A stretch of DNA of 52,673 bases, from NCBI GenBank assembly GCA_041686315.1, contig JAWLEC010000001.1:1-52673 (forward strand), in the 5' to 3' direction. Below, piece by piece: positions 17,547 through 27,990 of this stretch. Origin of the DNA: Ilumatobacteraceae bacterium (GTDB taxonomy: Bacteria > Actinomycetota > Acidimicrobiia > Acidimicrobiales > Ilumatobacteraceae). The number at the start of each line of letters is the position of its first letter. Within the stretch, counting starts at the first letter, position 1. The notes beneath the pieces were generated by a model. The model saw only the letters and a program-made list of their open reading frames with translations. It had not been told where the DNA came from and made no database searches. The position numbers were made by a program, and so were the translations under genes.

Positions 17547-19011
17547 GTTCGGCGTCGGCAGCGGGATGCCCCTCGTCGCCCACCTCGGTCTGCAGCCGTG
17601 ACAGCTCGGCCTGCAACTCGAGCGCCACGTCGCGATACGCCGGGTCGCCGATCACGTTGTGCAGCTCCCACGGGTCGGCCTCGAGGTCGAACAGCTCCCA
17701 CTCCGGCGTGCCGACGGGGCCACGGGCGCCGGCCTGCCCGAGCGGGTCGTTGTAGTAGCCGATCAGCTTGTGGGTGCGGGTCCGGACGCCGTAGTGGGCG
17801 GGCACACGGTGGATGGCGTCGTCGTGCATCCAGTACCGGTAGTACATCGAGTCCTGCCAGTCGGCGGGCCGTTCTCCCTCCAACAGCGGGACCAGGCTGG
17901 CGCCCTGCATGTCGTCGGGGACGTCCACACCGGCGAGTTCGAGGAACGTCGGCGCGAAGTCGACGTTGAGGGCGAGGTCGTCGCACACGCTGCCGGCAGC
18001 CACCGCACGCGGGTACCGCACCAGCAGCGGCATCGCCACCGACTCCTCGTACATCATCCGCTTGTCGAACCAGCCGTGGTCGCCGAGGAAGAAGCCCTGG
18101 TCCGACGTGTACACCACGATCGTGTCGTCGGCGATTCCCTCGTCGTCGAGGCGGTCGAGCAACCGGCCGACGTTGTCGTCGACCGAGGCGATGGTGCGGA
18201 GGTAGTCCTTGATGTAGCGCTGGTACCGCCAGCGGACCTCCTCGTCCTCGGTGAGCCCGGGCGGCACGGTGGCCTTCAGGTCGACCACCGGGTCGAGGTC
18301 CATCAACCGCATGCGCATCGCCTGCACCACCTCGGCCCGGCCCTGATGGTCGTCGCGAATCGTCTCGGGTTCGGGGATGTCGACGTCGTCGAAGAGCGTG
18401 AAGTGCTCGCGGCTCGGTTCCCACGACCGGTGGGGTGCCTTGTGATGCACCAGCAGCGCGAAGGGCCGGTCGGGGTCGCGGCGGTCGAGCCACCGCAGCG
18501 CGTCGTCGGTGATCAGGTCGGTGACGTATCCGCCGCGCTCGACCACGTCGTGGCCGCGCCCGTCGCTGCGGGGCTGCAGCATGACCGGATTGTGGTAGTG
18601 CCCCTGGCCCGGGAGCACGCGCCAGCGGTCGAAGCCGGTCGGATCGTGGTCGGGACCGTGACCGAGGTGCCACTTGCCGAACAGCGCCGTCTGGTAGCCG
18701 GCGGCCTGCAGCCGCTTGGGGAACGTATCGAGCGTGTTGTCCATCGGCGTGACCAGGGTGGTCACCCCGTTGACGTGGTTGTACGTGCCGGTGAGCACCG
18801 ACGCCCGGCTCGGCGTGCAGATCGAGTTGGTGCAGTAGCACGAGTCGAACCGCATCCCGCCCTCGGCGATGCGGTCGAGGTGGGGTGTGTGGTTGATCTG
18901 CGGGCGGGCCGGCTGCACCGGGCGGGCGCCGGTGGTGTATGCGGAGATCGCGTGGGCGGCGTGGTCGTCACTCATCACGAACAGCAGGTTCGGGCGTGCG
19001 GGGGCGGTCAT
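17521..19011 (-). CDS. sulfatase (Cys-type, formylglycine-dependent)
   Basis: 496 aa. It has LLFVMSDDH and the sulfatase signature CTPSRASVLTG (C-x-P-x-R). Its 3' end overlaps the convergent ORF 16914..17546 by 26 nt. Confidence 0.9.
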   Translation of the reverse strand: MTAPARPNLLFVMSDDHAAHAISAYTTGARPVQPARPQINHTPHLDRIAEGGMRFDSCYCTNSICTPSRASVLTGTYNHVNGVTTLVTPMDNTLDTFPKRLQAAGYQTALFGKWHLGHGPDHDPTGFDRWRVLPGQGHYHNPVMLQPRSDGRGHDVVERGGYVTDLITDDALRWLDRRDPDRPFALLVHHKAPHRSWEPSREHFTLFDDVDIPEPETIRDDHQGRAEVVQAMRMRLMDLDPVVDLKATVPPGLTEDEEVRWRYQRYIKDYLRTIASVDDNVGRLLDRLDDEGIADDTIVVYTSDQGFFLGDHGWFDKRMMYEESVAMPLLVRYPRAVAAGSVCDDLALNVDFAPTFLELAGVDVPDDMQGASLVPLLEGERPADWQDSMYYRYWMHDDAIHRVPAHYGVRTRTHKLIGYYNDPLGQAGARGPVGTPEWELFDLEADPWELHNVIGDPAYRDVALELQAELSRLQTEVGDEGHPAADAELTRLLSAG

Positions 19012-19069
19012 CGCCGTCCTCGACGGGGGGCCGTGGTCGACGCCGTCGCCGTGGCGGTGGCTGCCACCG

Positions 19070-20542
19070 TCACGCCGGCGGGGCGAAGTTGCAGGCCAGG
19101 TCGATCAGCAGGCGGGTGCCGAACCCGGTGGCGCCCTTGGAGTGGATGCCTTCGTCGCTGTCGACCTTCATCGGGCCGGCGATGTCGAGGTGCGCCCACG
19201 GAACGTCGCCGGCGAACTCGCTGAGGAAGATCGAGGCGGTGATCGTGCCGCCGTACGGTCCGCCGATGTTGCGCATGTCGGCCACCACCGAATCCAGCAG
19301 CTTGCGGTACCGCTGCTTCTCGAGCGGCAACTGCCACACCGGCTCGTCGATGACGTCGGCACGTTCCTTCACCTGGTCGACGAGGCCCTGGTCGTTGCCG
19401 AGCAACGCCGCGATCTGCGGGCCGAGGGCCCCGAGCGCCGAACCGGTGAGGGTGGCGATGTCGACGATCGCGTCGGGCTCCTCCTCCACGGCCAGCGACA
19501 GCCCGTCGGCGAGGACGAGCCGCCCTTCGGCGTCGGTGTTGTGGATCTCCACGGTCTTGCCGTTGCGCATGGTGAGCACGTCACCCAGCTTCAGCGCACT
19601 GCCCGACGGCATGTTGTCGGTGCACATCAGCCAGGCGGTCACCTTCGTCCGGCACTTCAGGTCCTTCAATGCCGACATCGTCGACAGCACGGCCGCCGCT
19701 CCCGACATGTCCATCTTCATCACCTGGTGGAAGGCGTCGCTCGGCTTCAGCGAGATGCCGCCCGAGTCGTACATGATCCCCTTGCCCACCAGCGCCAGGT
19801 GACCGACGGGGTTGCGGGGCGAGTAGGTGAGCTTCACCATCCGCGGCGGCTCGGTCGACCCGCGGTTCACGCCGAGGAGACCACCGCAGCCGAGCTGTTC
19901 GAGCTGGTCCCGGTTGAACACCTCCACGTGGAGACCGCTCGCCGACCCGAGGTCGACGGCGCGCGCTGCGATGTCCTTGGCGTTGAGGTAGGTGGGCGGC
20001 GTGTTGGCCAGCTCGCGGGCGAGGCCCTGCGCGGCGGCGATCACCGACCCGCGAGCAGCACCCTGCTCCACGGCCTTGGCCCGCTTGCCGCCGGCCACCA
20101 ACGTGAGCGCCTTCAGCTTCGACCCGGAGTCGGCGTCGTTCTTCAGCCCGACGTAACGGTACGACGCCAGCAGCGCTCCCTCGGCGACGGCCTGGCCGGC
20201 AGCGCCGGGGTCGACGCCGTCGACGTCGGCGAGGTTGGTGGCCAGGCGGGCGTGCTGCGAGGCGGCTCGGCTGAACGACGCAGCAGCGGTGCGCAGCGCG
20301 TTGGCGTCGGGGCCGTCGCCCACGCCGACGGCCACGGCCACGCCGTCGGACGACGGCACCACCATGGTCTGGCCGAGCTTGCCCGTGAACCCGTTCGCCT
20401 CCAGCGCCGAACGGCTGATGCCGAGCTGGCGCGCCACGGCCCCCTTCGGAGCCACTGCGTAGCCGACGGCGGTGGCGGTCTTGGGGACGGATCGGGCCGT
20501 CGACACGTCGACGGCGGACAGGGCAACGCTGGCATCGGTCAT
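19070..20542 (-). CDS. pepA: leucyl aminopeptidase (M17)
   Basis: Start at Met21 of ORF 19070..20602. It carries the M17 signature NTDAEGRLVLADGL, VGKGIMYDSGG and DIATLTGS. Confidence 0.9.
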   Translation of the reverse strand: MTDASVALSAVDVSTARSVPKTATAVGYAVAPKGAVARQLGISRSALEANGFTGKLGQTMVVPSSDGVAVAVGVGDGPDANALRTAAASFSRAASQHARLATNLADVDGVDPGAAGQAVAEGALLASYRYVGLKNDADSGSKLKALTLVAGGKRAKAVEQGAARGSVIAAAQGLARELANTPPTYLNAKDIAARAVDLGSASGLHVEVFNRDQLEQLGCGGLLGVNRGSTEPPRMVKLTYSPRNPVGHLALVGKGIMYDSGGISLKPSDAFHQVMKMDMSGAAAVLSTMSALKDLKCRTKVTAWLMCTDNMPSGSALKLGDVLTMRNGKTVEIHNTDAEGRLVLADGLSLAVEEEPDAIVDIATLTGSALGALGPQIAALLGNDQGLVDQVKERADVIDEPVWQLPLEKQRYRKLLDSVVADMRNIGGPYGGTITASIFLSEFAGDVPWAHLDIAGPMKVDSDEGIHSKGATGFGTRLLIDLACNFAPPA

Positions 20543-20712
20543 GGTCGACCAGTCTGGCCGATGGAAGGTCGCTCGACACCAACCTCTTGCCCGCGCTCCC
20601 ATCGCGGTCTGGCTTCGCTGTCAGGTGACCGTCAGGTTGCCGTAGGGGAAACGAACAGCGCCACAGGCGCTGCAAGGGGGAACGATGCGAATCACGACCA
20701 GAAAAGGCGCTC

Positions 20713-21876
20713 GTGCCGCTGGTGGCGCTGGCACTGTTCGGCGCGGCATGCACGAGCGACGACGGCGACGACGCCACCACCGACGCCCCGGCCGACACCG
20801 ACGCTCCGGCCGACACCGAAGCACCCGCCGACACGGAAGCACCGGCTGACACCGAGGCACCCGCGGACACCGAGGCACCCGACGACACCGTCGAAGTGGT
20901 CCAGGGCGACGGTTCCACGCTGCAGGCCGTGCAGGACGCCGGCGTGCTGCGATGCGGCACCCGCGACGCGCTGCCCGGCTTCGCCGTGCTCACCGAGGAC
21001 GGTGACCACGTCGGCTTCGACAGCGACTTCTGCCGCGTGATCGCCGCCGCCGTGCTGGGCGACGCCGAAGCGGTCGAGCACGTCGACCTCGAGACCGCCG
21101 ACCGCTTCACCGCACTGCAGTCGGGCGAGATCGACGTCCTCGTGCGCAACACCACCTGGACGGCCAGCCGCGACGGCACCGAGGGCGCCACCTTCCTCAC
21201 CACGACGTTCTACGACGGTCAGGGAATCATGGTGGGCGCCGACAGCGGATTCGAGACGATCACCGACCTCGACGGCGTCATCGTGTGCGTCGCCCAGGGC
21301 ACCACCACCGAGGGCAACGCCGGCAACGAGGCCGCCCGGCTCGGGCTCGACTGGGAGGTCCGTGCGTTCGAGAGCACCGACCTGATCCAGGAGGCCTTCA
21401 TCGCCGGCCAGTGCGACGCCTGGTCGTCCGACCGCAGCCAGCTCGTCGCCCTGCGCAGCGAGTTCCCGGACGGCCCGGAGGCCCTCTCCATCCTGCCCGA
21501 GACGTTCTCCAAGGAGCCGCTCGCACCCGCCGTCGCCGATGGTGACACCGAGTGGGCGCAGGCCGTCAACTGGGCCGTGCTCGCCACCATCCAGGCCGAG
21601 GAGTTCGGCATCGACTCGACCAACGTCGACTCGTTCTCCGACACCACCGACCCCAGCATCCAGCGTTTCCTCGGCCTCGAGGTCGAAGGTGACGACGGCG
21701 CAGCGGTGCTCGACCCGGGCCTCGGTCTGCCGACCGACTTCGCCGCCCAGGTCGTGAGCCAGGTGGGCAACTACGGCGAGATCTTCGAAGCGCACCTCGC
21801 TCCGTTGGGTCTCGAGCGTGGGCTCAACTCGCTCTGGAACGAGGGCGGCCTGCTCTACTCGCCGCCGTACCGCTGA
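20713..21876 (+). CDS. general L-amino-acid ABC transporter substrate-binding lipoprotein (AapJ/BztA-like)
   Basis: 387 aa with the LFGAAC lipobox-like Cys and a family-3 SBP core (LRCGT..LPGF...GFDSDFCRVIAAA...RNTTWT). The GTG 20713 start gives a signal peptide without a charged n-region (see finding). Confidence 0.85.
   Translation: MPLVALALFGAACTSDDGDDATTDAPADTDAPADTEAPADTEAPADTEAPADTEAPDDTVEVVQGDGSTLQAVQDAGVLRCGTRDALPGFAVLTEDGDHVGFDSDFCRVIAAAVLGDAEAVEHVDLETADRFTALQSGEIDVLVRNTTWTASRDGTEGATFLTTTFYDGQGIMVGADSGFETITDLDGVIVCVAQGTTTEGNAGNEAARLGLDWEVRAFESTDLIQEAFIAGQCDAWSSDRSQLVALRSEFPDGPEALSILPETFSKEPLAPAVADGDTEWAQAVNWAVLATIQAEEFGIDSTNVDSFSDTTDPSIQRFLGLEVEGDDGAAVLDPGLGLPTDFAAQVVSQVGNYGEIFEAHLAPLGLERGLNSLWNEGGLLYSPPYR
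20785..20889 (+). repeat. 18-bp in-frame tandem repeat, 6 units, encoding (APADT[D/E])5-APDDT linker
   Basis: Read directly: gccccggccgacaccgac / gctccggccgacaccgaa / gcacccgccgacacggaa / gcaccggctgacaccgag / gcacccgcggacaccgag / gcacccgacgacacc. The units differ mostly at synonymous positions. Confidence 0.9.
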
Positions 21877-21932
21877 CGAATGACGTCTGATCGACGCCGG
21901 TCGCGAGGCCGGCGGGCTCCCGCCCGCCACTC

Positions 21933-23090
21933 GTGACCGGCGTGGTCAGCGCCCGCGTCCCCCTCTGGCGGGACGTGAGGGTGCTCAAGTGGGCACTGCA
22001 GTTCGCCGTCGTCGGGCTCGTCGCTGCACTGCTGGTGTGGCTCTACGGCAACTACGTCGAGAACACCGCCGAGCAGAACATCCCGACAGATCTCGGGTTC
22101 CTCGACAACCCGGCCAACTTCCAGATCACCGGCAACCCGCTCTCCCAGAACGCTCCCGTCCGGGACGCGCTCTACGAAGGCCTGCTGAACACCTTGCGCA
22201 TCTCGGTGGTCGGCGTCGTCGCCGCCACGTTGCTCGGCACGATCATCGGCATCGCCCGGCTCTCGAAGAACTGGCTGGTCAGCAAGCTGGCCGCTGTGTA
22301 CGTGGAGGCGGTCCGCAACGTGCCGCTGGCACTGTTCCTCGTGGCCGGGCTCCTGGTGGTGGTGCTCGGCGTCTTCCCGACCATCCAGGAGGCCTGGAAT
22401 CTCGGCGGCCTGATGATCGTCTCCAATCGCGGTGTCGCGGTGCCCTGGTTCGACGGCGCCGGTTACGGGCTGTTGATGTTCGCGCTCGTGGGCGTCGCCG
22501 CCGGGCTGGCCGTCGCCCGCTGGCGCAGGTCGGTGTCGGATCGCACCGGAGCCCTGGCTCGGAGCGGGCTGTGGGCCGGCGCCGCTCTCCTGCTCGTGAT
22601 GACGATCGGATGGTTCGCGTTCGGCTACTCGTGGACGCTGCCCGAACTCGACGGCCGCCGCACGGTGGGCGGCATGCGGGTCGACCCGTCGTTCTTCGCG
22701 CTCTTCTTCGCGCTCGTGATCTACACGGCGAGCCACATCGCCGAGATCGTGCGGGGGTCGATCCAGGCCGTGCCCCGGGGCCAAGGGGAAGCTGCCGACG
22801 CCGTGGCGCTCAGCGGGTTCCAGCGGATGTGGTACGTGGTGCTCCCGCAGGCGTTCCGCATCGCCATCCCGCCGATCGGCAACCAGTACCTCAACCTGAT
22901 CAAGAACTCGTCGCTCGGTGCGGCGATCGGCTACTACGACATCACGCTCGTCGCCCAGACCACCGTGGGCAACGGGTCACCCGCGGTGCCGGTGTTCACC
23001 CTGACCATGCTGTTGTACATCTCCATCTCACTCGTGACGTCGGTGATCGTGAACTACGCCAACCGTCGGATGGCACTGGTGGAGCGATGA
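21933..23090 (+). CDS. amino-acid ABC transporter permease (AapQ/BztB-like)
   Basis: 385 aa, multi-TM, with the EAA-type loop [25 protein letters not shown]. Confidence 0.9.
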   Translation: MTGVVSARVPLWRDVRVLKWALQFAVVGLVAALLVWLYGNYVENTAEQNIPTDLGFLDNPANFQITGNPLSQNAPVRDALYEGLLNTLRISVVGVVAATLLGTIIGIARLSKNWLVSKLAAVYVEAVRNVPLALFLVAGLLVVVLGVFPTIQEAWNLGGLMIVSNRGVAVPWFDGAGYGLLMFALVGVAAGLAVARWRRSVSDRTGALARSGLWAGAALLLVMTIGWFAFGYSWTLPELDGRRTVGGMRVDPSFFALFFALVIYTASHIAEIVRGSIQAVPRGQGEAADAVALSGFQRMWYVVLPQAFRIAIPPIGNQYLNLIKNSSLGAAIGYYDITLVAQTTVGNGSPAVPVFTLTMLLYISISLVTSVIVNYANRRMALVER

Positions 23091-24343
23091 AGGGTCCGAC
23101 GATGAGCCGGCAGCCGGACTCCCACGGCCGCCCGAACGCCAGGGTGTGGCTGCGCCGCAACCTGTTCCGCACGCCGCTCGACGGTGTTCTCACCGTCGTG
23201 TTCGGCGCGATCAGCATCTGGCTGCTCTACAAGACGCTGTCGTTCATCTTCGTCACCGGCCGGTGGGACATCATCCGCGTCAACCTGCGCCTGCTGATGA
23301 TCGGCCGCTTCCCCGAAGTCCACGTGCTCCGGATCGCCGTGACCATGGTGACCCTGGCCGGATGGGTCGGTCTGCTGGCCGGGTTCGTGCGCGGCCGACA
23401 GGTGCGCAGCGGGAAGGTTCCGGCCGACGATCGCTTCACGCTCGGCCGCGCCGCCGACATCGCCGAGCGGCTCTGGTTGCCCGCGGTCGTGATCCTGCTG
23501 CTGCTGATGCTGTCGGGTACTCCCGGGCCGTGGATCACCGCCGGTCTGGGTGTCGTCGCTGCGGTGGCGGGCCGACTCATCGGCCCCGCACTGGGCCGGC
23601 AGACGTTCGGCACCGTGGCGACTGCGGCGTTGTTCACCGCACTCGGAGCCGTCCCGCTCGTGTTGTACTTCTACGTGGTCACGGCCGTCGGGTTCGACGA
23701 CTGGGGCGGCTTCATGCTGAACATCTTCCTCGCCGTCTGCTCGATCGTGCTGTGCTTCCCGCTGGGCGTGCTGCTGGCGTTGGGCCGCCGGTCGGCGCTG
23801 CCGTTGGTGCGGGTCGTGTCGACGGCCTACATCGAGCTCGTCCGCGGCGCCCCGTTGTTCGTGCTGCTGCTGCTCGCCAACGTGGCCCTCGGTTTCTTCG
23901 TCCCCGACACGCTGGCGCCGGCCACCTCCACCCGCGCGATCGTGGTGTTCACGCTGTTCACCGCGGCGTACATGGCCGAGATCATTCGCGGCGGGCTGCA
24001 GTCGGTGCCGCGCGGGCAGTTCGAGGCGGCGAAGGCGGTCGGGCTCAGCCCGGTTCGCCAGACCGGGTACATCGTGCTGCCGCAGGCGTTGCGCAACGTG
24101 ATCCCGGCGCAGATCGGCCAGCTGATCAGCCTGTTCAAGGACACCACGCTGGCCGGCATCGCAATGGGGCTGTTCGAGATGCTCAACGTGTCGCAGGCGA
24201 TCACCGCCCAGGAGGACTTCCGGGGTCAGGGCCTGATCGGCGAGACACTCACGTTCACGGCGCTGCTGTTCTGGACGGTGGCCTACACGATGAGCCGCGA
24301 GAGCCAGCGGCTGGAGAAGCGACTGGGAGTAGGAGTCAGATGA
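23087..24343 (+). CDS. amino-acid ABC transporter permease (AapM/BztC-like)
   Basis: ATG 23087 overlaps the upstream stop (ATGA). It has the loop [25 protein letters not shown]. Confidence 0.9.
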   Translation: MKGPTMSRQPDSHGRPNARVWLRRNLFRTPLDGVLTVVFGAISIWLLYKTLSFIFVTGRWDIIRVNLRLLMIGRFPEVHVLRIAVTMVTLAGWVGLLAGFVRGRQVRSGKVPADDRFTLGRAADIAERLWLPAVVILLLLMLSGTPGPWITAGLGVVAAVAGRLIGPALGRQTFGTVATAALFTALGAVPLVLYFYVVTAVGFDDWGGFMLNIFLAVCSIVLCFPLGVLLALGRRSALPLVRVVSTAYIELVRGAPLFVLLLLANVALGFFVPDTLAPATSTRAIVVFTLFTAAYMAEIIRGGLQSVPRGQFEAAKAVGLSPVRQTGYIVLPQALRNVIPAQIGQLISLFKDTTLAGIAMGLFEMLNVSQAITAQEDFRGQGLIGETLTFTALLFWTVAYTMSRESQRLEKRLGVGVR

Positions 24344-25137
24344 CCGACCACACGGATCCGGACACGCACTCGGTGTACGCCGACGCCACGGCGATGAGGG
24401 GCTCGGGCTCGGCGATGATCGAGCTGGAGCACGTCGACAAGTTCTTCGGCGACTTCCAGGCGCTGGCCGACATCAACTTGAAGGTGGCGAGCCAGGAGGT
24501 CGTGGTGGTGATCGGCCCGTCGGGATCGGGCAAGTCCACCATGATCCGCTGCATCAACCGGCTCGAGGAGCACGACGCCGGACGCATCGTGGTCGACGGC
24601 ATCGAGCTGTCGAACGACATCCGCAACATCACCGAGATCCGCCGCGAGACCGGCATGGTGTTCCAGAGCTTCAACCTGTTCCCGCATCTCAGCGTGCTCG
24701 ACAACATCACGTTGGCGCCACGCAAGGTGCGTAAGTTGCCGAAGGCCACGGCGGACGAGCTGGGGATGGCGCTGCTCGAGCAGGTGCAGATCCCCGAGCA
24801 GGCGAAGAAGTACCCGGGGCAGCTGTCGGGTGGGCAGCAGCAGCGGGTGGCGATCGCCCGGGCGTTGGCGATGAAGCCGAAGGTGATGCTGTTCGACGAG
24901 CCCACGTCGGCGCTCGACCCGGAGATGATCGGCGAGGTGCTCGACACGATGAAGGAGCTGGCCAGGTCGGGTATGACGATGATCGTGGTCACCCACGAGA
25001 TGGGGTTCGCCCGCGAGGTCGCCGACCGGGTGGTGTTCATGTCCGACGGCCAGATCGTGGAGGTCGGCACCCCCGAGCACTTCTTCGAGAACCCGCGGGA
25101 GGACCGCACCAAGCTGTTCCTCTCCCAGATCCTGTAG
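24340..25137 (+). CDS. amino-acid ABC transporter ATP-binding protein
   Basis: ATG 24340 overlaps the upstream stop. Walker A is GPSGSGKST, the signature is [15 protein letters not shown] and Walker B is [12 protein letters not shown]. Confidence 0.95.
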   Translation: MTDHTDPDTHSVYADATAMRGSGSAMIELEHVDKFFGDFQALADINLKVASQEVVVVIGPSGSGKSTMIRCINRLEEHDAGRIVVDGIELSNDIRNITEIRRETGMVFQSFNLFPHLSVLDNITLAPRKVRKLPKATADELGMALLEQVQIPEQAKKYPGQLSGGQQQRVAIARALAMKPKVMLFDEPTSALDPEMIGEVLDTMKELARSGMTMIVVTHEMGFAREVADRVVFMSDGQIVEVGTPEHFFENPREDRTKLFLSQIL

Positions 25138-25153
25138 GAATCTCCACCACCAC

Positions 25154-25197
25154 GGCGATGAGCAAGACCCCGCCATCGGGTGGTGTCGCTCATCGCC
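25154..25197 (+). terminator. hairpin after the ABC importer operon
   Basis: GGCGATGAGC-(24 nt)-GCTCATCGCC, starting 17 nt after the stop at 25137. The arms resemble those of the 50113/50175 duplicated element. Confidence 0.35.
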
Positions 25198-25245
25198 GAC
25201 CGAGCTCGACGCGGCGGACGGCGAGCGATCTGCAATCATTGCGCG

Positions 25246-26127
25246 GTGAACGATTCCACCGGCCGCACCGACCCCTCCGACACCGACCCGTCCCGAACCG
25301 GTTCGTCCCGGCGGTGGATCGTGTGGGTGCTGCTCGGCGTGGCCGGGCTGGTGGTGCTGGTGTACGCCGCCATCTTCGTCTACGCCAACGTGATCAACGA
25401 CTCGCCCGACGAACTCGATGCGAGCGATCTCAGCAATGCCCTCACCGCCACCACGGCGGGACCCGACACCACAGCGGCCGGAGCGGACACCACCACGCCG
25501 CCCGCCGGGGAGACGACCGTGGCACCGACCGGCAGCGAGGCGCCGGCCACGAGCGCCACCACGCCCGACACCGCCGCACCCGACACGGTCGCGCCTGCAC
25601 CGGACGGTTTCGACGGCGACTGGGTGCCGACCACGGCGTCGGAGTTCGGCTACCGCGTCGACGAGGTCATCGCCGGGGTCAACGTCACCGCCGTGGGCCG
25701 CAGCAACGAGATCGACGGCCTGCTGGCCATCGAGGGCACGCAGGTGACGGTGGTCGACATCGAGGTGCTCGTCGAGAACATCACCAGCGACGACAGCCGC
25801 CGCGACGGCCAGTTCCGCGGCCGGATCATGAACGCGGCCGAGTTCCCCACCGCCGAGTTCGCGCTCACCGCGCCGATCGAACTGGGCGAGATCCCGTCGC
25901 TCGGCGAGCAGGTGATCGCCGACGCCGTCGGCGAACTCACGCTGCGCGGCACCACCAACCCGGTCGAGTTCGAGGTCACCGCCGAGGCGACCGGCGACCG
26001 CATCGGCGTGCTCGGATCGATCCCGGTCGTGTTCGAGGACTACGGCATCCCGAACCCGTCGTTCGGCGCCATCACCACCGAAGACAACGGCCTCGTCGAG
26101 TTCGTCCTCGTCTTCGAGCGCCCCTGA
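25246..26127 (+). CDS. YceI-like domain protein with N-terminal TM anchor and Thr/Pro/Ala linker
   Basis: ORF 25180..26127. I prefer GTG 25246 because 25180 lies inside the upstream hairpin. It has the TM WIVWVLLGVAGLVVLVYAAIFV and a C-terminal YceI-type beta-barrel pattern (GELTLRGTTNPVEFEV). Confidence 0.75.
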   Translation: MNDSTGRTDPSDTDPSRTGSSRRWIVWVLLGVAGLVVLVYAAIFVYANVINDSPDELDASDLSNALTATTAGPDTTAAGADTTTPPAGETTVAPTGSEAPATSATTPDTAAPDTVAPAPDGFDGDWVPTTASEFGYRVDEVIAGVNVTAVGRSNEIDGLLAIEGTQVTVVDIEVLVENITSDDSRRDGQFRGRIMNAAEFPTAEFALTAPIELGEIPSLGEQVIADAVGELTLRGTTNPVEFEVTAEATGDRIGVLGSIPVVFEDYGIPNPSFGAITTEDNGLVEFVLVFERP

Positions 26128-26130
26128 GAG

Positions 26131-26183
26131 CCGAAAAATGCCTCGTTCGTAGCGCCTGGCGCTACGAACCGGGCATTTTTCGG
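26131..26183. repeat. 53-bp palindromic element, family A copy 2
   Basis: CCGAAAAATGCCtcgTTCGTAGCGCctgGCGCTACGAAccgGGCATTTTTCGG, between convergent genes. Confidence 0.85.
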
Positions 26184-26208
26184 GCTCTGCGGGCGTCCGA
26201 GCGATGGG

Positions 26209-27990
26209 TCAGACGGTCGGCTGGCTCTTCGCCCAGGCGGCGGCGAGCGCTGCGTAGCGCCCGCCGAGAGCCACGAGCTCGTCATGGCTGCCGAGTTCGG
26301 CGAGCCGCCCGGCGTCGATCACGCCGATGCGATCGGCGCGGCGGATGGTCGACAGGCGATGGGCCACCACGATCGTGGTGCGTCCGCCCATCAACGACTC
26401 GAGTGCGTGCTCCACGATCGCCTCCGTGCCGGGGTCGAGGTTGCTGGTGGCCTCGTCGAGCACCAGCACCGCCGGATCCACGAGGGCCGCCCGCGCCAGC
26501 GACACGAGCTGCCGCTCCCCCGCCGACAGCCGTGACCCGCGCTCGCGCACCTCGGTGTGGATCCCCTCCTCGAACGCCTCGAACCGCTCGAGTGCGCCGA
26601 TCGCGGCGAACGCCGCCCGGATGTCGTCGTCGGTGGCGTCGACACGGGCGATGCGCACGTTGTCGGCGATCGTGCCGCCGAAGAGGAACCCCTCCTGCGG
26701 CACCACCACCACCCGGCGGCGCAACGACGCCAGTGTGGCGTCGCGCAGGTCGACACCTCCGAAGGAGATGCTGCCCGACGTGGGGTCGTAGAGACGGGCC
26801 ATCAGCTTGGCCAGCGTCGACTTGCCGGCGCCGGTGGGGCCCACCAGCGCCAACCGCTCGCCGTCGGCGACGGTGATCGACACGTCGCGCAGCACCGGCG
26901 TCTCGGTGGCCGGATAGCGGAAGCCGACGTCGTCGACCACCATCTCGCCGGACCGCGGCAGGTCGAGGTCACCGTCACGGATGTCGGGCTCGGTGTCGAG
27001 GATCTGGAACAGCTTGTTCAGCGAGGCGGCCGACGACTGCACCGTGTTGTAGAGCTGCGAGAGCTGCTGGACGGGTTCGAACAGCTGCGCCAGCAGCAGC
27101 ACCGTGGCGATGATGGTACCGATCGACACGTCGCCACGGGTGAAGAGCCAGCCGCCCACGCCCACGACGAGCGCCGTGGCGCACACGCCCGCCGCTTCGA
27201 CGAGACCGAAGTACCAGGTGGAGACGCGCACGCTGTGGACGTGCGAGTCGTAGAGATCACGGTTCGACGCGACGAAGCGGCGGGTCTGCTCGGGCTCACG
27301 GCCGTAGGCCTGGATCACCCGGACACCGGCGATGCCCTCCTGCAGCGACGACAGGTTCTGCCCCACCCGCTCGCGCACCTCGAGGTAGGCGGCGTTCGAG
27401 TCACGCTGGAACTTGCGGGAGGCGACGATGATCACCGGCATCACGAGCAGCCCCACGAGCGCCAGCTGCCACGACATGGCGAACAGCAGCACCAGGGCGA
27501 ACACGATCAGCAGGGCGGCGGCGATGAACTGCAGCAGCCCCCACTGCACCAGCTCGGACATCGACTCGATGTCGGCGGTCATGCGGGCCACCAACACGCC
27601 CGACTTGTTGCGGTCGAAGAAGGCCAGCGACTGGCGCTGGATGTGGTCGAACACCCGGACCCGCAGGGCCCGGAGGAATCCCTCGCCGGCGCGGTTCACG
27701 AGCACGAACTGCTGGCGCGAGGCGAGGTAGGCCACGGCGACCACCACGACGTAGGCGATCACGGCGTTGCGCAACGTCGCCGAGTCGCGAGGTTCGATGC
27801 CCTCGTCCACGCCGTAACGCACGATCACCGGCCCGAGCAGCAGGCCGAGCGTGGACACGGCGGTGAAGGCGAGGGCGCCGGCGATCGTCTTCTTGAACGG
27901 CAGGGCCAGGCGGCCCGCCCGGCGCAGCACCTGCTTGGCCTCGTCGGTGTCGAGGCGGTCCCCCTCCTCCACGGCGCTCATGCGCTGCAT
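26209..27990 (-). CDS. ABC exporter, fused permease/ATPase (heterodimer partner B)
   Basis: 593 aa with 6 TM plus an NBD. Walker A is GPTGAGKST, the signature is LSAGERQLVSLARA and Walker B is VLVLDEATS. Confidence 0.9.
   Translation of the reverse strand: MQRMSAVEEGDRLDTDEAKQVLRRAGRLALPFKKTIAGALAFTAVSTLGLLLGPVIVRYGVDEGIEPRDSATLRNAVIAYVVVVAVAYLASRQQFVLVNRAGEGFLRALRVRVFDHIQRQSLAFFDRNKSGVLVARMTADIESMSELVQWGLLQFIAAALLIVFALVLLFAMSWQLALVGLLVMPVIIVASRKFQRDSNAAYLEVRERVGQNLSSLQEGIAGVRVIQAYGREPEQTRRFVASNRDLYDSHVHSVRVSTWYFGLVEAAGVCATALVVGVGGWLFTRGDVSIGTIIATVLLLAQLFEPVQQLSQLYNTVQSSAASLNKLFQILDTEPDIRDGDLDLPRSGEMVVDDVGFRYPATETPVLRDVSITVADGERLALVGPTGAGKSTLAKLMARLYDPTSGSISFGGVDLRDATLASLRRRVVVVPQEGFLFGGTIADNVRIARVDATDDDIRAAFAAIGALERFEAFEEGIHTEVRERGSRLSAGERQLVSLARAALVDPAVLVLDEATSNLDPGTEAIVEHALESLMGGRTTIVVAHRLSTIRRADRIGVIDAGRLAELGSHDELVALGGRYAALAAAWAKSQPTV

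Noticed and set aside
20621-20671. Direct repeat GTCAGGT-gacc-GTCAGGT and palindrome CAGCGCC-aca-GGCGCTG upstream of the amino-acid ABC operon as regulator sites.
   Set aside because: They are too short to distinguish from chance in a GC-rich spacer without comparative data. I note them here but do not call them as features.
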